In this document: positions 1 to 9,840 of the stretch, piece by piece | How positions within the stretch are numbered: position 1 is the stretch's first letter | How the letters are laid out: every line of letters begins with the position of its first letter | Notes under the pieces: generated by a model | What the model was told of the DNA's origin: nothing | Databases searched by the model: none | What the model saw: the letters and a program-made list of their open reading frames with translations, nothing else | Made by a program: the position numbers and the translations under genes | Assembly (NCBI GenBank): GCA_944387495.1 | Contig: CALXFD010000003.1 | Coordinates: 3,534-67,533, forward strand | Reading direction: 5' to 3' | Origin: an uncultured Clostridia bacterium | Lineage (GTDB): Bacteria; Bacillota; Clostridia; TANB77; CAG-508 | DNA: 64,000 nt

Positions 1-2
1 AA

Positions 3-95
3 GAGCACGAATTAGAACAAAAAATAATCAAAAAAGCAGACATAATTGATGAACAAATGAAAATTGCAGAACAATATGGATTGGAGGATTATTGA
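3..95 (+). CDS. 3' end of an upstream gene (partial, product unknown)
   Basis: Open frame runs in from the window edge. Its stop TGA (93-95) overlaps the ATG (95-97) of the next gene, suggesting translational coupling. Confidence 0.3.
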   Translation, partial: EHELEQKIIKKADIIDEQMKIAEQYGLEDY

Positions 96-559
96 TGAAA
101 ACTACAGAAAATTATGATAAGGCATATGCTGAGGTTATTGAAGTATTAAATTACATTCCATTGGAAGATTATAAAAAAATACCTAAAACATATATAAAAT
201 ACATGGAAGAAAATAGTGATGAGAATAGTTCATTTGTATATAATATTGCATTACCATTTGAAAAACAAAATATTTCAGATGCTGCGAAAAATATACTAGG
301 TATGATATTTAGGTTATTTATTATTTCACAAGAGAAAAAAGACGAGCTTAATGCCAAAGACAAAGAAAATAAAAATAATGAAGAAAGAGAAAAGCAAATA
401 AAATACAATCCAGATAATCTATTCAAAAATAAAAATGTTCAAAAGTGTGTAAATAAAAAAAGTAATAAGTATCAGACAAATTCACTTATTAAAATAAAAG
501 AAGAAACTTTTTTTACTAAACTTTTAAATTTTGTAAAAAAATTATTCAAAAAACAGTAA
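95..559 (+). CDS. hypothetical Lys/Glu-rich protein
   Basis: ATG at 95 with GGAGGA 6-7 nt upstream (the ORF track starts 3 nt earlier at a TTG). No recognisable motif. Confidence 0.45.
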   Translation: MKTTENYDKAYAEVIEVLNYIPLEDYKKIPKTYIKYMEENSDENSSFVYNIALPFEKQNISDAAKNILGMIFRLFIISQEKKDELNAKDKENKNNEEREKQIKYNPDNLFKNKNVQKCVNKKSNKYQTNSLIKIKEETFFTKLLNFVKKLFKKQ

Positions 560-586
560 ATATTATTTCATTAACAATAATAATTA

Positions 587-627
587 AGGAGATTGGAATG
601 TTAGAAAATATAACTTTCCAATCTCCT
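587..627 (+). terminator. perfect 12-bp stem hairpin after CDS 95..559 (possible terminator); a 16-codon micro-ORF with a strong RBS starts inside it
   Basis: aggagattggaa ..17 nt.. ttccaatctcct. No clean U-tract follows. Confidence 0.3.
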
Positions 628-846
628 CTCTATATATTTCCAATATAAATTGCTCAATCTTTTCAATTCTATTTTAAAATTTTCTAAAAATCAAATGTGG
701 GTAAATCAGAAGATTATAAACAGGAGCTCACCGATATTATATCTGATAGAATACAAGAAAAATACAAACAAAAAACAAGAACAAATTTTCGCAAAAATAT
801 TGAAAAATGGTAAGGAATATGATATAAATATATAAAATAAAAAAAT

Positions 847-877
847 TCAAATGTCCGAAAAAAGCGGACATTTGAAA
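847..877 (+). promoter_or_regulatory. perfect 12-bp hairpin (ttcaaatgtccg / cggacatttgaa) 14 nt upstream of the RBS of the 892 gene
   Basis: Inverted repeat read directly. Preceded by an A-run and followed by no U-run, so its function is unclear (leader structure or terminator for the opposite strand). Confidence 0.3.
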
Positions 878-891
878 GAAAAGAGGTAATA

Positions 892-1731
892 ATGGAACAA
901 AATAATGAATTAAAAATATTTGAAGATAAAAAAATTAGAGCAAAATGGGATGATGAACAAGAGAAATGGTATTTTTCAGTAGTAGATGTAATAGCAGTAT
1001 TAACAGATAATGATTACCAAAAATCAAGAAACTATTGGAAATGGCTTAAAAATAAGTTAATTCAAGAGGGAAGTGAGTTGGTTAGTGATACTAACCAACT
1101 GAAGATGAAATCTGTTGATGGTAAATATTATAATACTTATGTAATGACTACAGAGCAAGTTTTACGTTTAATCCAATCAATACCATCTAAAAGAGCAGAG
1201 CCGTTTAAATTATGGTTAGCACAAGTTGGAAAAGAAAGAATAGATGAAGCATATGATCCAGAGATAGCAATAAATAGAGCATTAGATACATATAGAAAAA
1301 AAGGATATTCAGAGGAGTGGATAAATCAAAGATTAAAAACTATTGATATAAGAAAAGAATTTACAGATGAATTAAAAGAAAAAGGAATAAGTGCAAGTAA
1401 GGATTTTGCAATATTAACAAATATTTTAACACAAGCGTGGAGTGGTTATTCTGTTAAAGAATATAAAAATTTAAAAGGTTTAAAAAAAGAAAATTTACGA
1501 GACAATATGACTAATATGGAACTTGTTTTAAATATGCTTGCAGAAACATCTTCTACTGAAATATCAAAAAGTAAAAATCGTAAAGGATTTAAAGAGGCAG
1601 AAGATTCAGTTAAAAAGGGAGGAAATATTGCAAAAATTGCAAGAGAGCAGTTAGAGAAGGAAACTGGTAAGAATGTTATATCTGATAAAAATGCTAAGGA
1701 AATAAGAGAGTTAAATACTGGCGAAGAATAA
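892..1731 (+). CDS. Bro-N / DinD-like (phage antirepressor-like) domain protein
   Basis: N-terminal segment KIRAKWDDEQEKWYFSVVDVIAVLTD..SRNYWKWLKNKL..KLWLAQVG resembles the Bro-N/DinD family. RBS AAGAGG upstream. Confidence 0.55.
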   Translation: MEQNNELKIFEDKKIRAKWDDEQEKWYFSVVDVIAVLTDNDYQKSRNYWKWLKNKLIQEGSELVSDTNQLKMKSVDGKYYNTYVMTTEQVLRLIQSIPSKRAEPFKLWLAQVGKERIDEAYDPEIAINRALDTYRKKGYSEEWINQRLKTIDIRKEFTDELKEKGISASKDFAILTNILTQAWSGYSVKEYKNLKGLKKENLRDNMTNMELVLNMLAETSSTEISKSKNRKGFKEAEDSVKKGGNIAKIAREQLEKETGKNVISDKNAKEIRELNTGEE

Positions 1732-1752
1732 AGAAATACTTACTACTTCAAA

Positions 1753-1796
1753 AAAGTTCTAAAATTTCAAGAAATAATTTGAAATTTTAGAACTTT
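1753..1796 (+). terminator. rho-independent terminator (18-bp perfect stem)
   Basis: aaagttctaaaatttcaa / ttgaaattttagaacttt inverted repeat after the stop of the 892 gene. Confidence 0.5.
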
Positions 1797-1862
1797 TCAT
1801 ATTATCACAATTTATGTAAAGAAAACATAAAATATAGCAAAAGAGAAAAAGGAGGCAGAAAA

Positions 1863-3111
1863 ATGTCAAATTACATAATAGAAGGTGGAAAAAGGGTAGA
1901 AGGAAAAGTAAAAATTTCAGGTTCCAAAAATTCAAGTTTGCCAATAATAGCAGCAACAATATTAAATGGAGGAAAAACAACACTATACAATGTGCCAAAA
2001 ATAAAAGACACAGAAATGATGTATGAAATACTAAAAACATTAGGAGCAAAAGTAGAAAAGAAAAACAACAAAGTAGTAATAGACACAAGCAAAATAGAAA
2101 AATTAGAAATACCAGATGACTTAATGCATAAGATGAGGTCATCAGTAATACTTGCAGGAGCAATGCTAGGAAAATACCATGAAGCAACATTTACATATCC
2201 GGGAGGATGTGACATTGGAACAAGACCAATAGACCTACATTTAAAATCTTTTGAAAAATTAGGCATAAATATTGACAAAAACTATGGAAAAATAAGGTGC
2301 TTTTGTGATAGAATAGTAGGGGAAAAAATAGACCTAGATTTTCCAAGTGTAGGAGCAACAGAAAATGCAATATTAGCAGCATGTTTAGCAGAAGGAACAA
2401 CAGTTATAACAAATGTTGCAAGAGAGCCAGAAATAATAGATTTACAGAATTTCTTAAATAGAATGGGAGCAAAAGTAAAAGGTGCTGGTTCAAATAAAAT
2501 AGAAATAGAAGGTGTAAAAAAATTAAAAGATGTTAGTTATAATATAATGCCAGATAGAATAGAGGCAGGAACATTTTTATGTTTGTCAGCTATTTCAGGT
2601 GGTCATTTGTTATTAGAAGATGTTAATCCATCACATATAGTTCCTATACTAACAAAACTAGAAGAAGCAGGATGCAATTTAGATATTAAGAAAAATGAAA
2701 TAGAAATAGAAGCACCAAAAAGATTAAAAGCAGTTGATATAAAAACAATGCCATACCCAGGTTTCCCAACAGATATGCAATCAATATTTGCAACAACATT
2801 AACTATTGCAAAAGGTACATCTGTGATAGTTGAAAATATTTTTGAAAATAGATATAAATATACACGGAGAATTAGTAAGAATGGGAGCAAAAATTACAAT
2901 AGAAGGTAAAACAGCTGTGATTAAAGGTGTTAGAAAATTATATGGTGCCAAAGTTAAAGCAACAGATTTAAGAGGAGGAGCAGCATTAGTATTAGCAGGT
3001 GTTGTAGCAAAAGGAAAAACAGAAATAGAAAATATAGAATATATATTAAGAGGATATGAAAATCTAGATACTAAATTAAAAAATATAGGAGTTAATATAA
3101 TAAGTAATTAA
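1863..3111 (+). pseudogene. murA: UDP-N-acetylglucosamine 1-carboxyvinyltransferase MurA, interrupted by a +1 frameshift near 2861-2864
   Basis: ORF 1863..2909 carries MurA motifs up to ENIFENRYKY. The MurA C-terminus (ELVRMGAKI..ATDLRGGAALVLAG..RGYE) continues in the +1 frame as ORF 2830..3111. One extra A in aaatatAcacgg explains the shift. Confidence 0.7.
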
Positions 3112-3123
3112 GGGAGGTTCAAA

Positions 3124-4125
3124 TTGCGAAAAGATAATTCAAAAGAATATAATGTGGATTTATACCATTTTGAACATCAAGAAGAGGAAACATTAGAAGA
3201 GTTAATGAAGAAAAAGAAAGAAAGAGAAAGAAGAATAAAAGAAAAAAATAGGCAAAACCAAGAAGAATTTAATGAAGAGTTTGATTTTGATACAGAAACA
3301 GTAATAGGAATGACAAATAAAAATAATAAAAAAATAGAAGATGAAAAAAGAAAACAATTCTCAAAAAATCAAAGAAGAAAAGAAAGAAGAATAAAGAAAA
3401 TAAAACTAGTATTAAAAATTATAGTTTTACTAGGGCTTGTAGCAGGTGCGATAGTATTTGCTACATGTTCACCTTTTTTTGACATTAAAGAAATACAAGC
3501 ATTAAACTCAAATCAAATAAGTAGTGAAACTATAATAAGTTTATCAGGCTTAAAAACAGGGCAAAATATTTTTCAATTTTGGACAAGTGATGTACAAAAA
3601 AATATAAAAACAAATGCATATATTGAGAGTGTAAAGGTTAAAAGAAAATTTCCTAATAAAATTGAAATAGAAGTGCAAGAAAGAGAACCTAAATTTAGTA
3701 TACCAGTATTAGGACAGTATGCATATATGAGTAGTCAAGGATATGTACTAGAAATTAAAGCAAATGAATTAAATCTTCCAATTATAAATGGTTTAAAAAC
3801 ACCAGAAGAGAGCATCTCACCTGGTAATAGAATAAATGAAGAAGATTTGAATAGCCTAGAAACAATATTAAAAATAATGAATTCAATGAAAGAATCTAAT
3901 TTAGACAGTAAAGTCACTACAATTGACATAAGTGATAAAAATGATTATATTATATATATGCAAAGTGAAAACAAAAAAATACACTTAGGAGATGGCTCAA
4001 ATTTAAGCAATAAAATGTTATATGTTATAGCAATAATAGAAGAAGAAAAAGATAAAAAGGGAGAAATTTTTGCAAATGGAGATTTAAACGATAAGTTTAA
4101 AGTATATTTTAGAGAAGAAGTATAA
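3124..4125 (+). CDS. ftsQ: cell division protein FtsQ/DivIB with a long Lys/Glu-rich N-terminal cytoplasmic extension
   Basis: TTG start with GGGAGG 8 nt upstream. One TM segment followed by a POTRA-like region. Position between murA and the DUF881 genes matches divIB in B. subtilis. Confidence 0.7.
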   Translation: MRKDNSKEYNVDLYHFEHQEEETLEELMKKKKERERRIKEKNRQNQEEFNEEFDFDTETVIGMTNKNNKKIEDEKRKQFSKNQRRKERRIKKIKLVLKIIVLLGLVAGAIVFATCSPFFDIKEIQALNSNQISSETIISLSGLKTGQNIFQFWTSDVQKNIKTNAYIESVKVKRKFPNKIEIEVQEREPKFSIPVLGQYAYMSSQGYVLEIKANELNLPIINGLKTPEESISPGNRINEEDLNSLETILKIMNSMKESNLDSKVTTIDISDKNDYIIYMQSENKKIHLGDGSNLSNKMLYVIAIIEEEKDKKGEIFANGDLNDKFKVYFREEV

Positions 4126-4132
4126 AGTAGAG

Positions 4133-4906
4133 GTGAAGAATTTGGAAAAAAATAAATTTTGGAAAAAGATAAATCAAGATGAGCAAAATATGACAAATAA
4201 AAAGGTTATTTGTGCAGTATTGGGAATAATGTGTTTAGCATTAACTTTTGGAATATTTGTGCAAGTAAGAACTGTAAAAAGTACAAATTCAACAGTTAGC
4301 CAAAACTATGAAGAAAATAATTTAAGAGCAGAGGTCTTAAAGTATAAAGAAAGATATGATAATAAATTTAAAGAATTAGAAGAGGCAGAAAAAGAACTAG
4401 AAAAAGAAAGAGAAGAAGCAACTAAAAATAATTCAGAACTAGAAGAAAAAGAAGCAAAGATAAAAGAAGGAAATAAATTAACAGGAATGACAGATGTTAC
4501 TGGACCAGGTGTTACAATAACACTTTCAGATGGAAAAGGTATAACATCATCAACATTAAACCCAAGTACATTATTAGTACATGATATAGATGTTTTAAGT
4601 GTAGTAAATGAATTAATAAATGCAGGAGCAGAAGCAATATCAATAAATGACCAAAGATGGGTTGCTACAACAGCAATATCATGTAGAGGAAATACAATTG
4701 ATATAAATGGAGAAAGAATTGGAGCACCATTTGTAATAAAGGCAATTGGTTTACCAGAATATCTATCAGGTCTAGAAAGACCAGGAGGATATTTGTATAT
4801 ATTAAGAGAAAATAATGTAGGGGTAAAATTGGAAAAATCTAATAGTATTACAATACCTAAATATACAGGTGTAATTGATTTTGAATATATTCAAGATGTA
4901 AATTAG
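4133..4906 (+). CDS. DUF881 family protein (YlxW-like)
   Basis: N-terminal TM, coiled coil, and C-terminal GMTDVTGPGVTITLSD..AISINDQR motif. Exact start uncertain (GTG 4133, TTG 4142 or ATG 4190). Confidence 0.65.
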   Translation: MKNLEKNKFWKKINQDEQNMTNKKVICAVLGIMCLALTFGIFVQVRTVKSTNSTVSQNYEENNLRAEVLKYKERYDNKFKELEEAEKELEKEREEATKNNSELEEKEAKIKEGNKLTGMTDVTGPGVTITLSDGKGITSSTLNPSTLLVHDIDVLSVVNELINAGAEAISINDQRWVATTAISCRGNTIDINGERIGAPFVIKAIGLPEYLSGLERPGGYLYILRENNVGVKLEKSNSITIPKYTGVIDFEYIQDVN

Positions 4907-4916
4907 GAGGAAATCT

Positions 4917-5618
4917 ATGAAGAAAGGTATAAAAAAAGGAAAAATAACAATGACAATTACTATTGGAATTGCTTGTTTTGCACTTGTAACTGTAATGATG
5001 ATGCAATTTAAAATAGTAAATGAAACAGATATAACATCAATAGAAAATATGCAAGAGGCAGAACTAAAAACTGAACTTGCAAATTGGAAATCTAAATATG
5101 ATGATATTAATGCAAAATATGAAGATACAAAAAGTAAAATAGAAGAATATAAAAATGATGAACAATCTAGTAATGAATCAAGTAAACTACTTGATGATGA
5201 ATTAAATCAAACTAATAAAATATTAGGGCTAACAGATGTACAAGGTGAAGGAATAGTACTAACATTACAAAGTGGAAAAGACCTTACACCTATAAATGCA
5301 GATGATTTATTAACAATAGTAAATTCTTTAAAATTTGCAGGAGCAGAGGCAATATCAATAAATGACCAAAGGATAGTGAGTACAACAGATATAACATATA
5401 TAAATAATCAATTTGTTAAAGTAAATGGACAAAGAATATTAGAACCATATGTTATAAAAGCGATAGGAAATCAATCATACTTAGAAAGTGCATTAAAAGG
5501 AAATGGCGGATGGGCAGAAGAATTGCAAGCAATAGGTCATACAGTGACAATTGAAAAAGATGATAAATTGACAATAAATAAATATAATGGAGAAATAGAG
5601 ACAAAATATATACAATAA
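4917..5618 (+). CDS. DUF881 family protein (YlxX-like paralog)
   Basis: Same architecture as the preceding gene: GLTDVQGEGIVLTLQSG..AISINDQR. Confidence 0.7.
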   Translation: MKKGIKKGKITMTITIGIACFALVTVMMMQFKIVNETDITSIENMQEAELKTELANWKSKYDDINAKYEDTKSKIEEYKNDEQSSNESSKLLDDELNQTNKILGLTDVQGEGIVLTLQSGKDLTPINADDLLTIVNSLKFAGAEAISINDQRIVSTTDITYINNQFVKVNGQRILEPYVIKAIGNQSYLESALKGNGGWAEELQAIGHTVTIEKDDKLTINKYNGEIETKYIQ

Positions 5619-5640
5619 TTTTTAATTAAGGAGGTTTTTT

Positions 5641-6030
5641 ATGATATTTGTAGCAATATTAATAGGATGTATTTTAGGAGCTATATTAGGTATGAATGCA
5701 CCTATGATTTCATATACATATTCAAGTTATTTAGCAATAGCAATAATTGCAGCACTTGATTCAGTTTTTGGGGGAATTGCCTCAGTTATTAAAAAGAATT
5801 TTGATTTAAAAATATTTATATCAGGATTTTTTGGAAATGCAATACTTGCTATATTATTAACAATATTAGGTCAAAAACTTAATGTAGATATATATTTGGC
5901 AGCAATAGTTGTATTTGTATGGAGAATGTTCATGAATTTAGGTACAATAAGAAGATATTATGTTGAAAAATGGACAGATAAAATCAAGGAAAAAGCTCAT
6001 AGTAAAGAAGTTGCTGATAAAAAAGAATAA
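5641..6030 (+). CDS. sbp: small basic membrane protein Sbp (DUF1290)
   Basis: 129 aa, three TM segments, basic C-terminal tail. Sits between the DUF881 pair and ftsA as in B. subtilis. Confidence 0.6.
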   Translation: MIFVAILIGCILGAILGMNAPMISYTYSSYLAIAIIAALDSVFGGIASVIKKNFDLKIFISGFFGNAILAILLTILGQKLNVDIYLAAIVVFVWRMFMNLGTIRRYYVEKWTDKIKEKAHSKEVADKKE

Positions 6031-6087
6031 AAACTAAAAGTGTTACAACATTGTTTCAAAAATATTACAAAAATATTACAATTACTC

Positions 6088-6116
6088 TTGACTTTTTTCT
6101 TAAAATGTAATATATA
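6088..6116 (+). promoter_or_regulatory. putative sigma-A promoter for ftsA (TTGACT -17- TATATA)
   Basis: Hexamers read directly, about 45 nt upstream of the ftsA start. Confidence 0.3.
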
Positions 6117-6156
6117 TACACTTAGAAAAATTATACTAAAAAATGGAGGAATTAAC

Positions 6157-7386
6157 TTGGCTATCGGTGATATCATAGTAGGTATTGACATAGGTACGAG
6201 TAAGGTTAGCACCGTTGTAGGAGAAGTCAATAATTTTGGACAAATAGAAATCATATGTAATACCTCATATAAATGTAGTGGTTTAAAGAAATGTAAAATT
6301 ATAAACGAAGATGAAATAAGTTTAAGTGTAGCAAAAACAATCAAAGATGCCGAAGAAGAGACAAATTTGAAAATAAATTCAGCATATGTTACAATTCCAG
6401 GAAAATATGCTACAATAGTTCAAAATACGATAACAAAAGAAGTAAAAGATAAATATTCTGGAATATCAGTAAGAGATGTACAAAATGCTATAATGCAAGT
6501 AAAAGATATAGAAATTCCAGATGGTAAAACATTAATAGATATAGTTCCAGATAAAATAACATTGGAAAATGGTACAGTAGTTACAGATCCAGTAGGAAAT
6601 TTAAGTTCAAGTTTTACAATAAGTGCTCAAATAATATTAGCAGAAAAAGATTATGTAAGACAACTTCATAATATATTCAAAAAAGCAGGACTTGAAATAG
6701 ATGGAATAGTACCAATAACATTAGCAGAAAGAAATTTAATCTTAGATAATAATGAAATGCATGATAATATAATGCTATTAGACATAGGAGCTGGAAATAC
6801 AGATATAGGAGTATTTGAAGGTTCAAGTTTTATTTATACAAATTCAATTCCATTAGGAGGAGATAATATAACACATGATATAGCATTAGTATTAAACATT
6901 TCAGAAGAAGAAGCAGATAAATTGAAAAAGCAATATGGTTTAGCATTAAAATCATATATAGATAATGATAATGACATTATTTTAAATACTTCAAAAGATG
7001 ATAACAAAAATAGAATAATAAAAAGCTCAGAATTAATAGAAATAATAGAAGCAAGAATAGAAGAAATGTTTTCAATTATAAATAAAGACATAACAAATAG
7101 TGGAGTAAAACAAAAAATAAATAATGTTGTATTAACAGGACAAGGAATTGTTAATATAAATAAAAGTGATGTAGCTGGAAAAATTAGTTTAAATATACCA
7201 GTAAAAATATCAACAGGTAGAGCAGTAAGTACTGTAAAACCAGCATATAGAACGAGTTATGCACTAGTAAGATATATAGCAGCAAGACCATTTGCAAAAA
7301 CAGTGTCAAGTAGTATAGATACTCAAAATAATGAAAGCTTTTTAAGAAATATAATAGATAGAATAAAAGAATTTTTCTATTCATAG
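6157..7386 (+). CDS. ftsA: cell division protein FtsA
   Basis: Actin-fold motifs GIDIGTSKV.. and DIGAGNTDIG. The likely start is TTG 6157 after GGAGGA; the track ORF begins upstream at 6040 in the non-conserved leader. Confidence 0.85.
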   Translation: MAIGDIIVGIDIGTSKVSTVVGEVNNFGQIEIICNTSYKCSGLKKCKIINEDEISLSVAKTIKDAEEETNLKINSAYVTIPGKYATIVQNTITKEVKDKYSGISVRDVQNAIMQVKDIEIPDGKTLIDIVPDKITLENGTVVTDPVGNLSSSFTISAQIILAEKDYVRQLHNIFKKAGLEIDGIVPITLAERNLILDNNEMHDNIMLLDIGAGNTDIGVFEGSSFIYTNSIPLGGDNITHDIALVLNISEEEADKLKKQYGLALKSYIDNDNDIILNTSKDDNKNRIIKSSELIEIIEARIEEMFSIINKDITNSGVKQKINNVVLTGQGIVNINKSDVAGKISLNIPVKISTGRAVSTVKPAYRTSYALVRYIAARPFAKTVSSSIDTQNNESFLRNIIDRIKEFFYS

Positions 7387-7441
7387 TTAGTTATTATATA
7401 AGTAAAAAATATTTAAGATATAAATAAGGGAGGAAAACTAA

Positions 7442-8563
7442 ATGATGGATTACAATGAGGATAACAATGTTTCAATGATGGATGGAACAGCAACAATAAA
7501 AGTTATAGGTGTAGGAGGAGCAGGAAATAACGCTGTAAATAGAATGATTGATGCTGGAATAAAAGGTGTTGACTTTATTGCTGTAAATACAGATAGACAA
7601 GCTCTACAAACATCAAAAGCAAATACAAAAATTCAAATAGGAGAAAAAATAACAAGAGGATTAGGAGCAGGTGCAAATCCAGATATAGGAGCACAATCAG
7701 CAGAAGAAAGCAAAGCAGAATTATCAGAAGTATTAAGAGGAGCAGATATGGTATTTGTTACAGCCGGAATGGGTGGAGGAACAGGTACAGGAGCTGCACC
7801 AGTTGTTGCACAATCTGCAAAAGAAATGGGAATATTAACAATAGGTGTTGTTACAAAACCATTCACATTTGAAGGTAAAAAAAGACTTTCACAAGCAGAA
7901 AGAGGAATAGAAAGTTTAAAAGGTAAAGTAGATACATTAGTAGTAATACCAAATGATAAATTACTACAAATTATAGATAGAAAAACATCAATAATAGAAG
8001 CATTTAAAATGGCAGATGATGTTTTAAGACAAGGTGTACAAGGAATATCAGACTTAATTGCAATTCCAGGACTTGTAAACTTAGACTTTGCAGATGTTAA
8101 AACAATAATGCTAAATCAAGGAATGGCACATATGGGTGTTGGTAGAGCAGCAGGAGAAAATAGAGCAGAAGATGCAGCAAAACAAGCTATTCAAAGTCCA
8201 TTACTAGAAACATCAATCGAAGGAGCAAGAGGAGTAATAATAAACATTACAGGTGGAGAAGATTTAGGATTACATGAAGTAAATACAGCAGCAGAATTAG
8301 TACAACGCAGTGTAGACCCAGAAGCAAATATCATATTTGGTACAGTAACAGATCCATCAATGGAAGATGAAATCCAAATTACAGTTATAGCAACAGGATT
8401 TGAAAAACCAGAATCAATATCAAGTATTGGTGTAGATAATATGGTATCAAAAACATGGGAAAAGAAAATAAGCTCAATTCCATCAAGCTCAGAAGTAAGC
8501 TCGTCACAAAATGATTTAGACATACCATCTTTTTTAAGAAAAAACAAAAATAAAAGCTTATAA
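7442..8563 (+). CDS. ftsZ: cell division protein FtsZ
   Basis: GGGTGTG tubulin signature, [36 protein letters not shown]. Confidence 0.95.
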   Translation: MMDYNEDNNVSMMDGTATIKVIGVGGAGNNAVNRMIDAGIKGVDFIAVNTDRQALQTSKANTKIQIGEKITRGLGAGANPDIGAQSAEESKAELSEVLRGADMVFVTAGMGGGTGTGAAPVVAQSAKEMGILTIGVVTKPFTFEGKKRLSQAERGIESLKGKVDTLVVIPNDKLLQIIDRKTSIIEAFKMADDVLRQGVQGISDLIAIPGLVNLDFADVKTIMLNQGMAHMGVGRAAGENRAEDAAKQAIQSPLLETSIEGARGVIINITGGEDLGLHEVNTAAELVQRSVDPEANIIFGTVTDPSMEDEIQITVIATGFEKPESISSIGVDNMVSKTWEKKISSIPSSSEVSSSQNDLDIPSFLRKNKNKSL

Positions 8564-8565
8564 AA

Positions 8566-8695
8566 GTTAAATTGGGGACGTTTCTTTTTGGACATTTTTG
8601 ACCATTTGGGGACGTTTCCTTTTGGACAAAAATGTCCAAAAGGAAACGTCCCCAAATGGTCAAAAATGTCCAAAAAGAAACGTCCCCAATTTAAC
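8566..8695. repeat. perfect 130-bp palindrome (63-bp arms, 4-nt AAAA centre) made of tandem TTGGGGACGTTTCYTTTTGGACA units in a head-to-head arrangement
   Basis: Reverse complement of 8566-8628 equals 8633-8695 exactly. It starts 3 nt after the ftsZ stop. Related units occur at 18406-18450 and 35874-35924. Confidence 0.85.
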
Positions 8696-8870
8696 CTGTC
8701 CCCAAAAACTGAGCAATTTTTACTATTTTTAATGAACAAAATGTTCTAAATTATCGATTATTTCTTAATTTCTACAATAAGAAAAGACAGTATTTTCAAA
8801 TGAAAGGTAGTACAATAATACATGTATTTAACAAAAGATATTAAAACAAAGTTAAATATCAGGTGATAAG

Positions 8871-9758
8871 ATGACAGTATACATAGATGTAGTTTTAATA
8901 GAAAACTTAATCATGAATTACATAATAATATTTGCAACAGGTATAATTTTAAAAATAAAGATGAAGCAAATTAGAATGATATTAGGAAGTCTTATAGGTG
9001 CAATATATACAATAATAGCATATGTTTCAAATTTAAGGATTTATTCAAATTTTATATTAAAATTTATACTATCAATAATAATAGTATATATATCTTTTAA
9101 TCCACAAACACAAAAACAATTATGGAAATCTCTTTTAATATTTTATTTAACTTCACTTGTTTTTGGAGGAGCAGCTTTTGCAATTATATATGTAGTAAGA
9201 CCACAAGAAATATTAAGAAATAATCAATTAATATTTGGAACAACATCAATGAAAGTAATATTATTTTCAGCTATACTTGCATTTATAGTTATAATATTAG
9301 CATTTAAAATAGTAAAAAACAAAATATCCAAGAAAGATATGTTTTGTGATATAGAAGTAAAAATAAATGAAGAAATAATAAAAACAAAAGCAATGATTGA
9401 TACTGGTAATTTTTTAAAAGAGCCAATTACAAATAAGCCAGTAGTAGTAATAGAACATACATTATTATATGATTGTATACCAAAACAAATATTGAATAAT
9501 ATAGAACAAATATTGGGAGGTGATTTTTCAAATGTACCAGAAGAAATAAGAGAAGAATATATTTCTAAACTAAAATTTATTCCTTTCAGTTCACTCGGAA
9601 AACAAAATGGTATGTTGATTGGAATAAATGCAAAATATATAAAAATAAAAAGTGAAGAAAATGAAAATATAAATGAAAATGTTATAGTTGGAATATATAA
9701 TAAATCATTAACGAAAAGGGGAGAATATAGAGCTTTAATAGGAATTGAACTAGTATAA
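8871..9758 (+). CDS. spoIIGA: sporulation sigma-E processing aspartic protease SpoIIGA
   Basis: Five N-terminal TM helices plus the catalytic motif MIDTGNF. Immediately upstream of sigE. Confidence 0.85.
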   Translation: MTVYIDVVLIENLIMNYIIIFATGIILKIKMKQIRMILGSLIGAIYTIIAYVSNLRIYSNFILKFILSIIIVYISFNPQTQKQLWKSLLIFYLTSLVFGGAAFAIIYVVRPQEILRNNQLIFGTTSMKVILFSAILAFIVIILAFKIVKNKISKKDMFCDIEVKINEEIIKTKAMIDTGNFLKEPITNKPVVVIEHTLLYDCIPKQILNNIEQILGGDFSNVPEEIREEYISKLKFIPFSSLGKQNGMLIGINAKYIKIKSEENENINENVIVGIYNKSLTKRGEYRALIGIELV

Positions 9759-9840
9759 AAAATAGAATTAATAAAAATATAATCTGCAATATAAAATATA
9801 AAGCTCTTTATAAAAATACATTATATAAGGAGAGGGTTAA

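Noticed and set aside
650-835. 61-aa ORF in the 560-890 intergenic region
   Set aside because: No RBS and Lys/Asn-rich, between two hairpins. Likely non-coding leader sequence.
8191-8739. Minus-strand ORFs (182 aa and 92 aa) with repetitive peptides (..NVPKWSKMSKKKRPQF.. / ..GQKCPKRNVPN..)
   Set aside because: They lie entirely over the 130-bp palindrome and its flanks. The repeated peptides are translations of the DNA repeat, with no RBS, and they overlap the ftsZ 3' end.
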